Shown: one piece after another, positions 26,031-39,163 of the stretch
Layout: each line of letters starts with the position of its first letter
How positions within the stretch are numbered: position 1 is the first letter of the stretch
Assembly (NCBI GenBank): GCA_043228905.1
Contig: JBHGNT010000015.1
Location: 20,088,001 to 20,152,000, forward strand
Length of the DNA stretch: 64,000 nt
Source of the DNA: Azolla caroliniana
Lineage: Eukaryota > Plantae > Polypodiophyta
Direction: 5' to 3'
Program-made: the position numbers and the translations under genes
Notes under the pieces: generated by a model
What the model saw: the letters and a program-made list of their open reading frames with translations, nothing else
Told to the model about the DNA's origin: nothing
The model's database searches: none

Positions 26031-26385
26031 TCAATTCTGACGCAAACGTAATGTATACTTATCAAAGCCTGACACTCCACATTCTTCTAAATCTGATCGT
26101 CTTTCTTTGAGAATGTTATCGAGAAAACCTATACAATTCGAGAGCACCTTCTACAGAACCATCAAATCCTAAGAATTCCACAGCCCAGTCATAATCTGGT
26201 TATCTTTATTCGCAGTATTGTAAAAATCTAAGTGCTGAAAAAAGGAACTGCGCTTCGATATGAGAAATGACTTGCAGGTTTCGTGGTGGTTACTCCATCA
26301 AGGAAGTCCACTGAGTTCATGGCTTCCTTTCTTTCTTTTGATTCGGAGCTCCATCGCCATCGCCATCGCCATTTCCTTTGGATAC

Positions 26386-26582
26386 AATTAGCTTAACGAC
26401 GGGTTAAACCCTGATCAGGTTTTAACCCAGGTTAAGCTAATTCAGGGCTTTAACCGTGGTTTAAATAACTCTGGGATTTAACTGTGGTTAAGCTAGCTCA
26501 GGGCTTTAACCATGGTTCAGCTAACTCAGGTCTTTTAACCATGGTTTAGCTAACGCAGGACTTTAACCGTGGTTAAGCTAAA
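26386..26582. repeat. Palindromic 28-bp minisatellite (six direct copies plus one inverted)
   Basis: Consensus TCAGGGCTTTAACCRTGGTTAAGCTAAC at 26415, 26442, 26470, 26498, 26526 and 26555; inverted copy at 26386-26414. Confidence 0.9.
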
Positions 26583-26825
26583 ACCTGTATTTCCCAAAAT
26601 GCCCTTGGTTTATCATAACTCTCAAAATGCCCCCTCACTCAATCCCAAAACCACATAACATATCCAAGTTGCCCAAGTTGTTGAGATTACTCCATGCTTT
26701 CGTTAAACTTCTAATGCTCTACATGTATTAAATAGCAAAGCACCGATCCTCACAGTATATTTCCGACACCCGTCCCTTCGAATGGCATGACACGAGATGC
26801 ACAATAATCACATGATAAGCACACA

Positions 26826-26873
<48 letters not shown>

Positions 26874-27029
26874 CATTGCTTTTCTCAATCTTCTTGTATG
26901 TATGTTTGATCATATCCGATCAGTACAAGCAAGCATGGGGTGGTCATATCTTATCGGCATCATGGAAGAGACTATGTTTGATGATGAGGCAATGTGATCT
27001 TTAACTCGGGCCCCAATGGCATGACACTA

Positions 27030-27335
27030 AGATGCACAATAATCGCATGATAAGGACACTCCTTGATCATAGAAGCATCAAACTCACTACACTTGTCTCC
27101 CATCGGCATGCAATGGTGATCGATGCATGATAGTCTCGGCACAAAAATCACGTGATAAGGGCACTCCCTGATCACAAAATCATCAATCTCGCTGCACTTG
27201 TCTCCATCGGCATGCAATGGTCATGGGCTCAAGACTGTCTCGACACAACAATCACGTGATAAAGGACACTCCATGATCATAGAATCATCAATCTCGTTGC
27301 ACTTGTTTCCGTTGGCATGCAATGGTGATCGGCTC
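27030..27335 (+). repeat. Three ~105-bp tandem repeats
   Basis: CACAA.AATC.C.TGATAA.G.CACTCC.TGATCA..CATCAA.CTC..CACTTGT..CGGCATGCAATGGT at ~27035, 27140 and 27244; partial copy at 26797. Confidence 0.85.
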
Positions 27336-27848
27336 AGGAGAGGACATGTTATGTTATTACATTCCCAACATGTGATACTTTGGATTGCATGGGAGGTGGG
27401 CTTCCCACTAAAACCCCCAGACATTGTGCCCTTCGACGTGTTTATCACTGAAATCATAGAGGGCATCTTTCAGAAATAAAAAGAAAAACTCTCTCTTTGT
27501 TTTTTTTTTTACGGTAATTGCTTAGCCTAATGATAAGTTGTTATACTAGAATTCGTGTTCGTCTAGCATAACATTCGTTTTCCTACGTTGGAAAACGAAT
27601 GCGAATGGTATTCAAACATTATTGTGTTTTTTTTTCCCCTTTTTAAAAGTTTTTTTTAGGTTTATTTATCTCATAATAAATAGTTGTGGTATTACCATTC
27701 TCTGAGGGTGTTTACCATACTCGATTGCACGTATGGCACGTATGGTTCATACTATGCCAATGGCTATAAATATATATATATATATATATAGATATATATA
27801 ATCATATATATAATTACAGGTCAAAGAAGAAGGAGGAGGAGCTTGGAG

Positions 27849-28263
27849 ATGGAAGCTATGGCAGAAGAATTACACCCTGCTGCTCCCTCGGCCTCTGCTA
27901 CTGGCGATGTTACTCGCGTCCTGTTTGCAGTGAATCAGTCTTCTGAAGGTTACCCCAATCCTTCCATTAGTAGCCTCTCCGCATTTCACTGGATTCTCAA
28001 CAAGCTTATCCACCCCGAAACAAAGCACAGATTCAAACTTCTCATCTTGCACGTTCAAGTTTCTGATGAAGACGGTACGTATATACGTGGAATACCTGAT
28101 TCACTATTTGCGTTGCATCTTCTGTCGTTGATTTTCTTGCTGGTGAAATAAAGGTTAATTTGTTTAAATGCCAGAAGGGGGGATTTTCTATTCACCTCTT
28201 TTATATCGAAATTGTTTATGTGCACGTTCATCTATGCATTTATGTGCATAACACATACATACA

Positions 28264-28296
<33 letters not shown>

Positions 28297-31200
28297 GTAT
28301 GTATGCATCTATGTATATATATGCAAATGAATATGTGTGTATGTCTGAATGCATGTAAATTTGTGTATATGAATGTTACACACATGCATTGGTTTGGAAA
28401 AACTTGTCCTCATTTTCATGAAGCTAGTAAATTAATGCCAATTTATATTAATTTTCAATGCATGTCTCTGTGCACACATACATGCAGTGTTTTGGGAAAT
28501 AATTGGGCACCTGTGCATCTCTATGGGTTCGTAAGTTTATATATGCGATTGTGTGTATATATACCTATGCAAATTGTGTAATGTTTAAACATATATATGT
28601 ATATATGCTCATATAAAACGTACATATTGATAAGTTTGAGGCCATATAAGTACTTGTGGGTTCTGATCATTTCCAGCCTTTTAAATAGCTCTTCTTCGTA
28701 TTTGATAAATTTGTATCGAACATGTACAGGTGGATTATATGTAGCATGTTTTTTGTGTGGATATGAATTACCATCACAATTTACCACAATTTCATCCATT
28801 ATGAATGTAAATTATCTGAAGACTATTTTCTTGGAAAGTTAATATCTTTTCCGGGTTTGGAATCTCTCATGCAGGTTTTGATGAAACTGATAGCCTCTAT
28901 GCTACTAATGAAGATTTCAAGCATTTGCAACAAGAAGATAAAGCTCGAGGAGTTCATTTGCTACAACATTTTATAAATCATTGCAATGATTTGGAGGTTT
29001 GAATCATGACTTTATAGAATTCTTTTACGAGTGTAAATGATTTCAATGTAGTTAACTCGTCATTACATTTCCCAAACAGAGCTTTGTTTGCAAGGCCGTT
29101 TAAAAAAAAGGAAACTCAAACATACTGCTTGTGCTTGCATCTGGATAAATGAAAACTTTTTATCCTTACTGAATAGGTGACGGGGTCAGTTTTCTTTGAA
29201 CATCTGGTTTGCACAAATTATAGAAATATAATGGCCGGAAGGTGACCAGTAATTGTATGGAGTTATAAGATTTTTGAATGATGGACACTATTCCTTGGTT
29301 TTGATACATAATTATATGGTACCAGCCTTTAACAAACGAGATTGTTCAGATGTTGCTATTGACAGGTGTTGTTAAGAAGATTTGAAAGACTGGCATGTCA
29401 TTGAAGTCAGCTATACTATCCATCACGTGCACATTTAATTATTATTTTAATACATTATTATATTTCTTATTTGGCTTTTTATTTGGGAATGGCATTTGAT
29501 TTGCCATTATATTTCTTATTTTGAATCCTTTCATTTCTGTTTTTAAATGCCCAATAACAAAATTCATTTAGTAACCTAGATAAATAATATCTCAACTAGC
29601 ATAAATAATCTTAAAAACCCATTTGCGGATTTGGGAGCTTCATTATAGAGATCTGTTTTGGCACACTAGATTTGAAGTTCTAATATAGTCCATTGAATTT
29701 GTCATCTTGCATGAAAAATTAAACCTTAAATAATTTACAAAAGTAATGGAATACTACATTTGGGTTTGGCTTGTATCTTATTATGCTATGGGTATATATT
29801 TCTAGGTGTCATGTAAAGCATGGATTAAGGTAGGAGATCCCAGAGATGTTATTTGCAAAGAAGTGAAGCGGATACATCCAGACATCTTAGTTTTGGGCAG
29901 CCGTGGTTTGAAAACTATTGACAGGTATGCTTATGAACAAATTTGTAAAGAAATGGCACTTTGATACCAATTATCATAAGCTTTCTATGTCTTATTAAAA
30001 TTAAATGGTGTCAATTCTTTGATGTTCAATTTATCTGCTAATAGGAACTATCTTTTTTAAATTCAGTATTTGATTATGAGTTAGTGAAAGGGGGAAGTGA
30101 AATTCTGAAGTCGTAATCTCATTGATATCGCTGCCTAAAACATAGATAGATGTCATATTTACCCTCAAATATCATATGGGCCAAGGCCTAGCTTTTGTTA
30201 CCAACTCTGGGAATACAGTTAGGATATGACACTATTTTTGTGTTCTTGATTCTTGTTGTGTGAAGGGTTCTTCAATTTATCTGTTGTGCTAACTGCAGTT
30301 GCTGGCCTACTATGTTTTTAGTCAAGTGGTAATTGTGTGCATGCTATAATATTAGGCCATTATGCTACATCCCATCATTAAACATGAGAACCCACTGCAT
30401 GCTGCCTGCCTACCTAAAAGATGGGTAGGGCTATTGTTGATACTAAAAGCATGTTCATGTGCACATGACTAGATTCAAGAATTAGAATTTTTTATCGTCC
30501 ATAAAGAGGCCAATTTTGACCCATAAAGAAAGGGTAGAAAGAGAGGAAGTAATGACATCAGAAACTGAGTAGAAAGAGAGGAGGCAGTGACATCAGAAAC
30601 TGAAGACACTGGTGAAAATTCAAATTTCAGGCAGCCAATTCAGAGTGAATTGTGTTGTTGCTATTCCTTGGACTAGGTTGGATACAATAGTGTCATGTTT
30701 CACCAAGTTGGTGAGAATTGATGAAAAGGAAAGTAGGATGTGAACACTAGATAAAAGGAGGTCAATGGAAATTAGTGCACATGGAGTAACTCTAGGAATA
30801 TTTCATCACCCAGGGGTTCATTATTGTATAGATTGCATTGTTTATCCTTATTTTGGGCCTTCACAAGCATAATCTTTGTTTTGAAGCTTTTGCCACACAA
30901 TGTGCTATGCATATAAAAGTTTTCCATTAGTCATAAGCTGTTCGGCATCTTCTGAAGTATTTTCAGAAAACACCATATCCTTTGCATATGACAAAAAACA
31001 TGATAACGACATTCCAATGGTAACTTCTTCAATGCTTTGTGCTTTACAAGCTCGTTGACCATTTGTTCCAATTCATCAATGCATAAACCAAAGAGAGTGG
31101 GTGACAATGGACATCCTTAACACCAATGCTGGTATAGAAAAAATCTGAAAATTCCATTTCCCATATGCACATGGCATATCATGTTCTCATAGATTTGAGA

Positions 31201-31483
31201 ATATTGCAAGCATATACCCTTGGTATCTTGAGTTATTGCATCTGTCTCCAAAGATGCTCATGGGGCACCATATTAAAAGCTTAAGTCTATGAAACAACAA
31301 TATAGTCCATTACCTTTCAAATGGCTTTCTTCCATTGTCACTCAAAAGTGACTATGTGATGGATTGTGCTATGGCGTTTTTGAAAACTAGCTTGTCTATA
31401 AGCCCTCTTATCACCCACACACTTAACACAACTTCTATTATACGTCAAATAGCTTCGCCATAAGAGAACCGACTATGATTGTC

Positions 31484-31531
<48 letters not shown>

Positions 31532-32233
31532 ACATAATCAACATCGATTTATTAGTTGTCCAGTGGCAACGGCTATTTGGAAATTTATATCTGCAGTATG
31601 GGCTTCTCTATGTGGAATGTCAAAATCCCCTTTTCAATAAGCTCTTGATCGTTTGGAGTTGAGAATGCCCTCTCCACATTTGACATTGTCTTTCAGTTTC
31701 TAAGGTATTAGGGTTTATTGCGTATTTGGCATATGCATACTGCCTTTGTTTTTTATTGCCTTTGGCATGACATTCTCCATGTTAGACTTCAGGGAAGTTG
31801 ACACAAGAGGAATTAGGGAATTTTAGGTTGGCAAGGGATCATGTCTATCAATTGGATTGGCCTTTATCACATGGGGCGGTATAGGTCCATAATGATGTAC
31901 TTAGAGATGGGAGATGTAATAGGAACCTTCATTGACTTTGTAGTGAGCTGATAGGATATTATATTCCATCGATTGTAATTCAACTTTCATAATTAATAGA
32001 TTACTATTTACAAAATAAGAGTAGAATAGATTGTTATGTTCTTGAGACCAATTTTGACTTATGCATCCGAATAAACATCTTCTTGTATGTGACTCCTTCC
32101 CAAGAGAGGTTTTTTGTTTTTAAGGATTTTTGTCGCAACGGTGAGTGACTATTGCTCAAAGCATGCGAATTGCCCGGTTCTTGTAATCAAAAGGAATAAA
32201 CAAGATGCACCAAAGGACCCGATAGATGACTGA
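27849..32233 (+). CDS. Universal stress protein A-like (resembles Arabidopsis At3g01520 type)
   Basis: Exons 27849-28074, 28875-28996, 29806-29924, 32125-32233. TRVLFAVN..YPNPSISS..AFHW, LHVQVSDEDGFD, GDPRDVIC, LVLGSRG, VSDYCSKHANCPVLVIKR..DPIDD*. Confidence 0.94.
30790..31485 (-). mobile_element. Degenerate non-LTR (RTE-clade-like) reverse transcriptase fragment in USP intron 3
   Basis: Minus-strand frames with shifts: LMAKLF, RQASFQKRHSTIHH, LYCCFIDL/AFNMVPHEHLW, IGVK/CPLSPTLFGLCIDELE, YAKD (YADD position), KTKIM. Confidence 0.8.
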
Positions 32234-33715
32234 GTAAATTCAAAGGCTCAAGAAAGGGAACAAGACGATTCACCAAAGGATTCAATGGATGACTCAATAT
32301 CTTGATGGTTTGATGAAGTGATTTTCCAATCTATAAATGTGTACAACCTTATATTTGATACTAAAGAATGATGATATCTCATTCAATTATGAAATGTGTA
32401 TATGAATCCGTTACTTAAGTCAGATGGTGTTATTTTATTCACTTCTTTTGTATCATGTGATACATGACCTTATTTTTATAGCTGGGAATAATATACAGGG
32501 TGATCAGAATGTATATTACATATCCGTCTTTTGTAATTTAGGAAATCACATACAGAATAAATTTCATTCAGTAAAAATCCTCTGTTTCTGATATACAAAG
32601 ATAATTCTAATTGGCACCAATTTCTCTTCTACCAATTTGCCTTTGTGCCAATCACGTGGTATGTTATCAAAGAGTTATGAAATTGTAAAATGAAGAAAAA
32701 AAGTTTAATAATAGAATAAAACTAACTCCCATCTATGACATGACAAACAATCTGCATTGACAAGGAATGGGTTATCTATACACATTATTGATTATCATTC
32801 ATAACATATTACATTTATAATTGAACAACTTAATGCCCAAATTATGCATGCTGTCATTTCCAAATTTGGCACAACTATCATTGTCATATTCTTGCAATGT
32901 TAGAAGATGGTATGGTGTGTTTTAATGTTTAGGATAAGGTGATGAATACCTCTAGATTGATGAGTTATTAATAATCAATTGATCATAATACTTGGGCTCT
33001 CTACAAAATTGTCAAGTGGAATCTAGTCCTCTTCCAAAACACATGCTCAATAATAGATAGCAATAAGCTAGTACTTTTTGGATGTTGAATTGACATTTAC
33101 ATGATTGAGGACATCCTCCTATCAAGTTGAGTTGCACGAATACGTCAATAAATAAGCAAAATATTGAAGCTGAATTTGAGTGGATGAAGAACCAGCAGCA
33201 TTGAGAGACAATTTTGCATTCAGTATGTAATTAGAATTTTGAGCTCTTCCTAAAAAATAAAAAATCTTTCCATAAAAGAAATTTGAACCATGAATTGAAT
33301 AGGTAATAAAATTCCAAGAAAAGAAAAATCCGTGGAACTTATTGTTTTCTTAACACTAGGCCATCCAAGACTTGGACTACCAACCTTAAGAGGAATGTTC
33401 GATTAGTTCCATGTTCTGAAGCTATTGTTCATATTCATAAATATAGAGTTAGTAAATGAACAAGTAAGTTTATTATGAAACATCTTAAACCTTCTTCACA
33501 AGAATTCCACGAATTCCAAAAAAATCCTTGATTATAATTACTGTCATGAGCTTCTCACCAGGTAAAAAACTTTTGCTATGAGCTACCATGTACCTAAAGA
33601 GTGTATGATACAAGCAAAATCAAGATGCATCTTGAAAATCATGTTCCCTGGATAATAACAATTAATAGAACCAATTGCCCTGTGAGACAAAATTTTCCTC
33701 AAGTGAAACATTTCT

Positions 33716-36700
33716 TTATATTACTGGTTTGAATTGGTATGGTCCCTTCTCCACACCCCAGACCTACAAAACATAGAAAGATTAATGATTTTGTCTTGTG
33801 TGAGAGTGAACTGTCAGACATGCTTATTTAAATTGATATTCAAAACGCCCATTGAATGTTTTCTGGTTGGAAATTTGAGTATAGCAGGAACAAATCTGGC
33901 ACAATATATGGATTTGGAAGAAATTTCATATGTGCATTTGAAGATATTTTCTCGAAATTTCCCATTATTTTATGCATGAAAAAATCAAATTTTCGCAGGT
34001 GATATATAACATAGACTGATAACACAGACTGTTTCCGATATGTAACAGATCGATAAAAATTTCATACCTGGACTCCTTCCTCATTATAACCACGATCCCA
34101 GCAAAGCATTTCCCCATTTCTATATGTGGTGAGCTCTGATGTACAACTTGCTGCACCATTCTGTCGAATAAGATTATATAACCGTCAGATAAAATAAATA
34201 CCTTCAAAGTATCACATAGTGATGGACAAAAGAGAGTTCTTGATTAGACTAAATTGATACCCAAGAATTAGGGTAACCCCCTGGTGGAGTGGAACCTTTG
34301 TATGTACATTGCTCTCCTTGTTCACATCGTGAAAGGTGAACTGTTGTCAGATGCTCAGCAATATCCTAAAATCAAATCAAGTGCCCCCAAACATGATTAT
34401 ACCCAAATGTTCAATTCAAATATTCACTTTTAAATAATTCAAAATTAGCTGGGAACTTGGGAAGTTGAAACTAAGAGGGATGTATGAGATATTGCATCCA
34501 AATTTCAACGCATAATGTTGAGGAAATATGCTGTAATATGCCTTCAGATCTTATGTATTAATAATAGACAAAGCATTGGCGCAAAAGTATGAATTCAGAA
34601 GTTCTTTTCAATTTAATGGTGGAAAGTTACATTCTAGCCTACTCTAGTTTTGTGTCAATCCTCTCTGTTATGTAGTGTTAACAGAAGAATGTTATTCTCA
34701 TATCTTCAAACCTGAGTAGATGCTGGCTTTAAGCTTATGACCCTATTGTTCAGTCGTTCCTTAAAAAAGGATATATCAGATCAAGTCTATGAAACCACTG
34801 CTTCCTTACACTTGACATACAAAACTACATTTTGGGAACATAGTTTTGGCCAAAGAACTTTCTGCTTCCTAGTAGCCTGTTGACAACCTGATAATGTGTC
34901 CTTTTCGTTCTATTGCATATGCCTGCTACTATCGCTAGGCATATAAAGGTCCAAACTCCATTTTGGACGATTGAGTATATAGACAAAAATGCAACAAGTG
35001 CTTCATATATGCACATGAATGGATCCATATAAACATTCATTACCCAACTCCTAGTTCCTTTTATGTATGGGTTATCAAGGTTTCTTAACATGCATTTTAG
35101 ATGATTGAATATGTTGACAAACATTCAACAAGTGCTTCACATACGCACATGAATGGATTGATATGAACATTCATTACCCAATTCATTCCATATAAAAAAG
35201 ACAGTGCCCAGTTCTTGCAAAAGATAGCATGAACAATTTTTAAGTTACTTCACACCAGTCCAAAAAGATGTGAGTACATACCCCAATAATTTCTTCTGGC
35301 TGTGGTCGCTGGTTCTTTGGTCGATCACAAAAGTTCCTATACTCCTCAATATCTCTTACAGCAAATGCAGAGACCTAGGCCCAGAAATATTACCCAAATT
35401 TCTAATGCATACGATAAGAACAGTGTCTATAACACATGTAAACACAAAAAATTGTAGTGCATGTAACAACAAAAACGTGCTAGATAACCTTACCTCTACA
35501 TCACACTTGAGTTCTTTTGAACATGGCTTCAGCTTGAGAAATCTCTGACAAGAAAACAATATTTCAAAAATATTTTAACAAATGAAATACCTATATGGTG
35601 AACACGACATATTAGAAACAAAGTATACGATCATAAACAAACCAATATAAAGAACGGGCATTTCATGCACATTTCTAAGGACTCTTACTTGTCGATAAGG
35701 TTTTTCTGGTGTCCTCCAAAAGGCCTGCACAAGGGATATCCCAGAAATTAAATGGTATGGAATCAAAAGAGTTCCAAACCTGATCTTTATTTTATAAACT
35801 TTAACCAATTACTTAGTTGGCCTAGTAACCAATGCCTTCAGATTCTTCATATTTTGATTGTAGAAAAACCAAGCCTTCTAAAGGGATGTTTATGATTGTT
35901 AAAACTTCTTGAAAATAAATTGTGCTCCTTTTTGATAAATTCTCTAGCATGAATGCACTAAAAATGTCATCGCTTTTTGGTTTATCCTTTACCTGCTCTG
36001 CGTATAGAACCTTTGAGCCATCTGGAAGATCTGTCGCTGGACATGCATGATACCTAGATATAAAATACATCCAGATCAGACTTCCACACAAGTCAAACTT
36101 CTTGAATGTAACTGACCCAATACCTTAGATTGAAATAAGTTTGTGGATCTTGGGCTGCTTGTTCAGAAGAGAACTGAAAATATATCAACTTCAATTCAGA
36201 TTGTGTGTTTTCACTTCATAACTTAATGGTGCTCTACATATAAAATATGTGTAGACAGCTAAACTTAGATCTATTATTTACTCAAAGAATCCACATGCCT
36301 CATAGATTGGAGAAAGATAAGATTGCTTGGAACTAGACCAATATAATAAACAGCAATTACTTGTTTTCTCTGAAATTCTAAATGCAAGAAAATCAAGTTA
36401 TGAAATGTGCACGAACTGTTCTATTTGAAATTCTACATGCTAGAATATTAAGTTGTTAAATGTGCACAATCAGGCAAAATCTAGTCTTGTGATGTAGGCA
36501 ATAATACATACATTGATGTTGAATGGAAAGCAAATGAGCAGTAGTGGGAACTCTGAAAAGTTCATAGTCAATAGCTCCTTCGCCTTTTTATATCTATTGC
36601 ATTTTTTCATTTGTTTCTTGTCTTTGCCAGCTTTATATGCTCTGTCTGAACTTTGTTTCTACTACTCACTATATATACAATCTCTGCCTCGTACAAAAGA

Positions 36701-38024
36701 CATCCAAGTAAATCTACAAACATTGGCTACTCTTAATGATGAAAGACCAATGGTACTAGTGTTCTTTAGAGGATGAAAAGGACACAGTTATAGTTCTTGG
36801 CTAAAAAAGTCCCGGAGCTCTACATAAAAAAAGGCAAATTGGTCCAATGTTAGCATTCATTGGCTATAGTCTCACAATACAAAAAAAAACCACATAGACC
36901 GACCTTGTAAAGAGCATTTTATTCCAATGCTAGCATAGACTGGTATTAATCAACCTCTAACTCAAGCTGATGCTTCTTTTATCTGTAATTTCTGCCGTAA
37001 GGTTTTTCTGGATACACGTTATCTGACAACTTCCGGTCATAAAGGATGAACACTATCTAATGACATCTACGTTAGAGGATGCAACTAAATTGCACACTGT
37101 GACAGTACTATACCATGCATCACAGAGCTCTCTTACATCATTGAAAATAACTCGTACTCCTTGCATATTGATAATTTTTCTATGTTAAAAGTATTTCTAT
37201 TCCATCTCATATCAATAAAATGTCTTAAAATCATTTGAGTCATTGGAAAACAAGTGTAAACAATCACTCCTACACATACAAACGAACTTTCATATTAAAA
37301 TATGCCAGAAATTTTCCCATGCAAATGCTTTCATATCACTGCACATCACAAAATGCTTTTAGAATTATTAAAAAAATGCCAGAAGTTTACACATGCACAT
37401 GGTTCCACATCACCTATGCATGTGTCGGGTTGGATATACACGATTCTCCAAATCAAAAGATGCAAGAAAATTGCATGGCACATATCTCCAGAGTGGATTA
37501 CTATCCATCGCAAAACTCTTAAGAAAATCAGTGAAAGTCTCCGAAAATAAAATATGAACACACATTCCTACACATACAAATTATGAGGATGAAACTCTTC
37601 TAAAAATAACATTATATTTCCTTTCAAACTATCCTCCCATGATAACTGTGAGCATTGTCGATGATGAAAGATGAAACCAGAAATTGCACACCTACAGTTC
37701 CATATACTCCATCTCAAAACACAAAGCTCTCTTAAAAACCAATGGAAAACAGAGCATTGGACACGCTCATTCACAACATATGAGAGTCTGCGAATATACA
37801 CTAAATTCTTGTTTTAGAGATGAGGATCAAAGTCTTACTTTTTCACCGGAGAGAGAATCGGCAACCTTACGAGTATGATCGTCCCATAGTTTGGTGTCCT
37901 TGGTGAGCTTACGGATGATAAGGGCGCCACCGAGTAGACCTAGGGCTGAGAAAACCAGGTTTCTCAGAGATTTCCCACCATTCTCTGCAGTGGAACCTCC
38001 AGCTCCATCTTCAGGGGAACCACC

Positions 38025-38030
<6 letters not shown>
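33716..38030 (-). CDS. CRL: Chromophore lyase CRL (CRUMPLED LEAF; CpcT/CpeT family), plastid envelope
   Basis: Exons 38030-37839, 36173-36124, 36053-35993, 35724-35689, 35544-35494, 35374-35282, 34365-34261, 34160-34068, 33763-33716. N-terminal TM LGLLGGALII; FSSEQAAQDP.YFNLR, GSKVLYAEQ, AFWRTPEKPYRQR, NFCDRP, WDRGYN..QVWG..GPYQF. All GT-AG. Confidence 0.94.
34990..35182. repeat. Intronic direct duplication in CRL
   Basis: AACAAGTGCTTCA.ATA.GCACATGAATGGAT..ATAT.AACATTCATTACCCAA at ~34993 and ~35127. Confidence 0.8.
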
Positions 38031-38065
<35 letters not shown>

Positions 38066-38527
38066 TCCTTTTATGAAAGAGAAAGGCTGTATATTTTTTT
38101 GTATTCTTTGCCTTCGGATAACCATTTCCTCTATTTCCCGGAATGCCCCTGAGTTTTCATTATTCCAACAAATACCCCTACCCCTGCCCTTACTTAATCC
38201 TTTGTTTCACCTAGGTACACTGCGAGATAATCTACCTATATGTGTCGTGTCTTGACTACCTCTATGTTGCCCGCTTGTGGGTTTCAGGGAGAGTTTCCAC
38301 GGGGCATGGCCCATCTTACGAGAGAAAATGGCACAATTGGCGGCTTGTACAAATCTGTCTTATAATTATGGTATGGTAAAGGGCATAACAGCAAGCGCCT
38401 TCTAGCTAGATTTGGGAATGCAAGGGCGGCGGGTGAGAGATCTGGCTATGCTTTCTTTGCGGCATGATACTCTCATTTAATGGATACTTGACGGTGTCCT
38501 CATGGGGCCCTTGTTGTTCGCCCATCA

Positions 38528-39163
38528 TGTTGGGAATATGTCCCTCCAGTGGAAGGAAGAGCTGACTGTTCGGAAAGCCGACAGTCGAAAACAGGGAGTC
38601 GATTGTTTGAGAATTCGACTATTATTATTATGGTAATAATAATGATGATGTTAGGAAACAGGTTTCTCCGGATGGGGACAGAGAGGAGCCGAGGCCAAGG
38701 CCGAAACCGGAATCGTGTACATAGCCAACTCGGGAGACTATAATTGTAAATAGTCTAGATGTGCACCCCATGTGGGCTAGGTATGTAAATAGCCAGAAAG
38801 TTGCGTAAGTATATATGTAACTAGGGCAAACTTTTGTGAGAGAGGTACAGAAGTTGTAGTGTGCAGGAGAGCGAGAGAGAGAGAGTGTGTGTGTGTGTGA
38901 GCCGCGCCATAGCTGTGTGAGTAACAGCAGACGCGAAGAGCCCTGTGCGGCTGATACACTCGACAGAGTGTTGTATTCCTCTTGGTGTTGTATATCCACT
39001 TTGTATAGTGAAGATTTTTGTTCACCCGTGGTTTTCCCCGTTTTAGGGTTTCCACGTAAATCTCTATGCACTCTTGTTTATCTTGTCTTTCTAGCATTTC
39101 TGTAAATCGTATTTTAGCACGTAGTTCGTTTATTGTGATCTATTCCGCATCGATTTCTCGACA
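38528..39163 (+). mobile_element. Solo LTR (Copia-like)
   Basis: TGTTGGGA..TCTCGACA termini; 5-bp TSD CATCA at 38523-38527 and 39164-39168; internal TATATA and CCCGTGGTTTT..GGGTTTCCACG motif typical of plant Copia LTRs; no PBS or internal region adjacent. Confidence 0.88.

Noticed and set aside
26386-26582. CRISPR-like array
   Set aside because: Units are contiguous with no unique spacers, there are no cas genes, and the context is eukaryotic.
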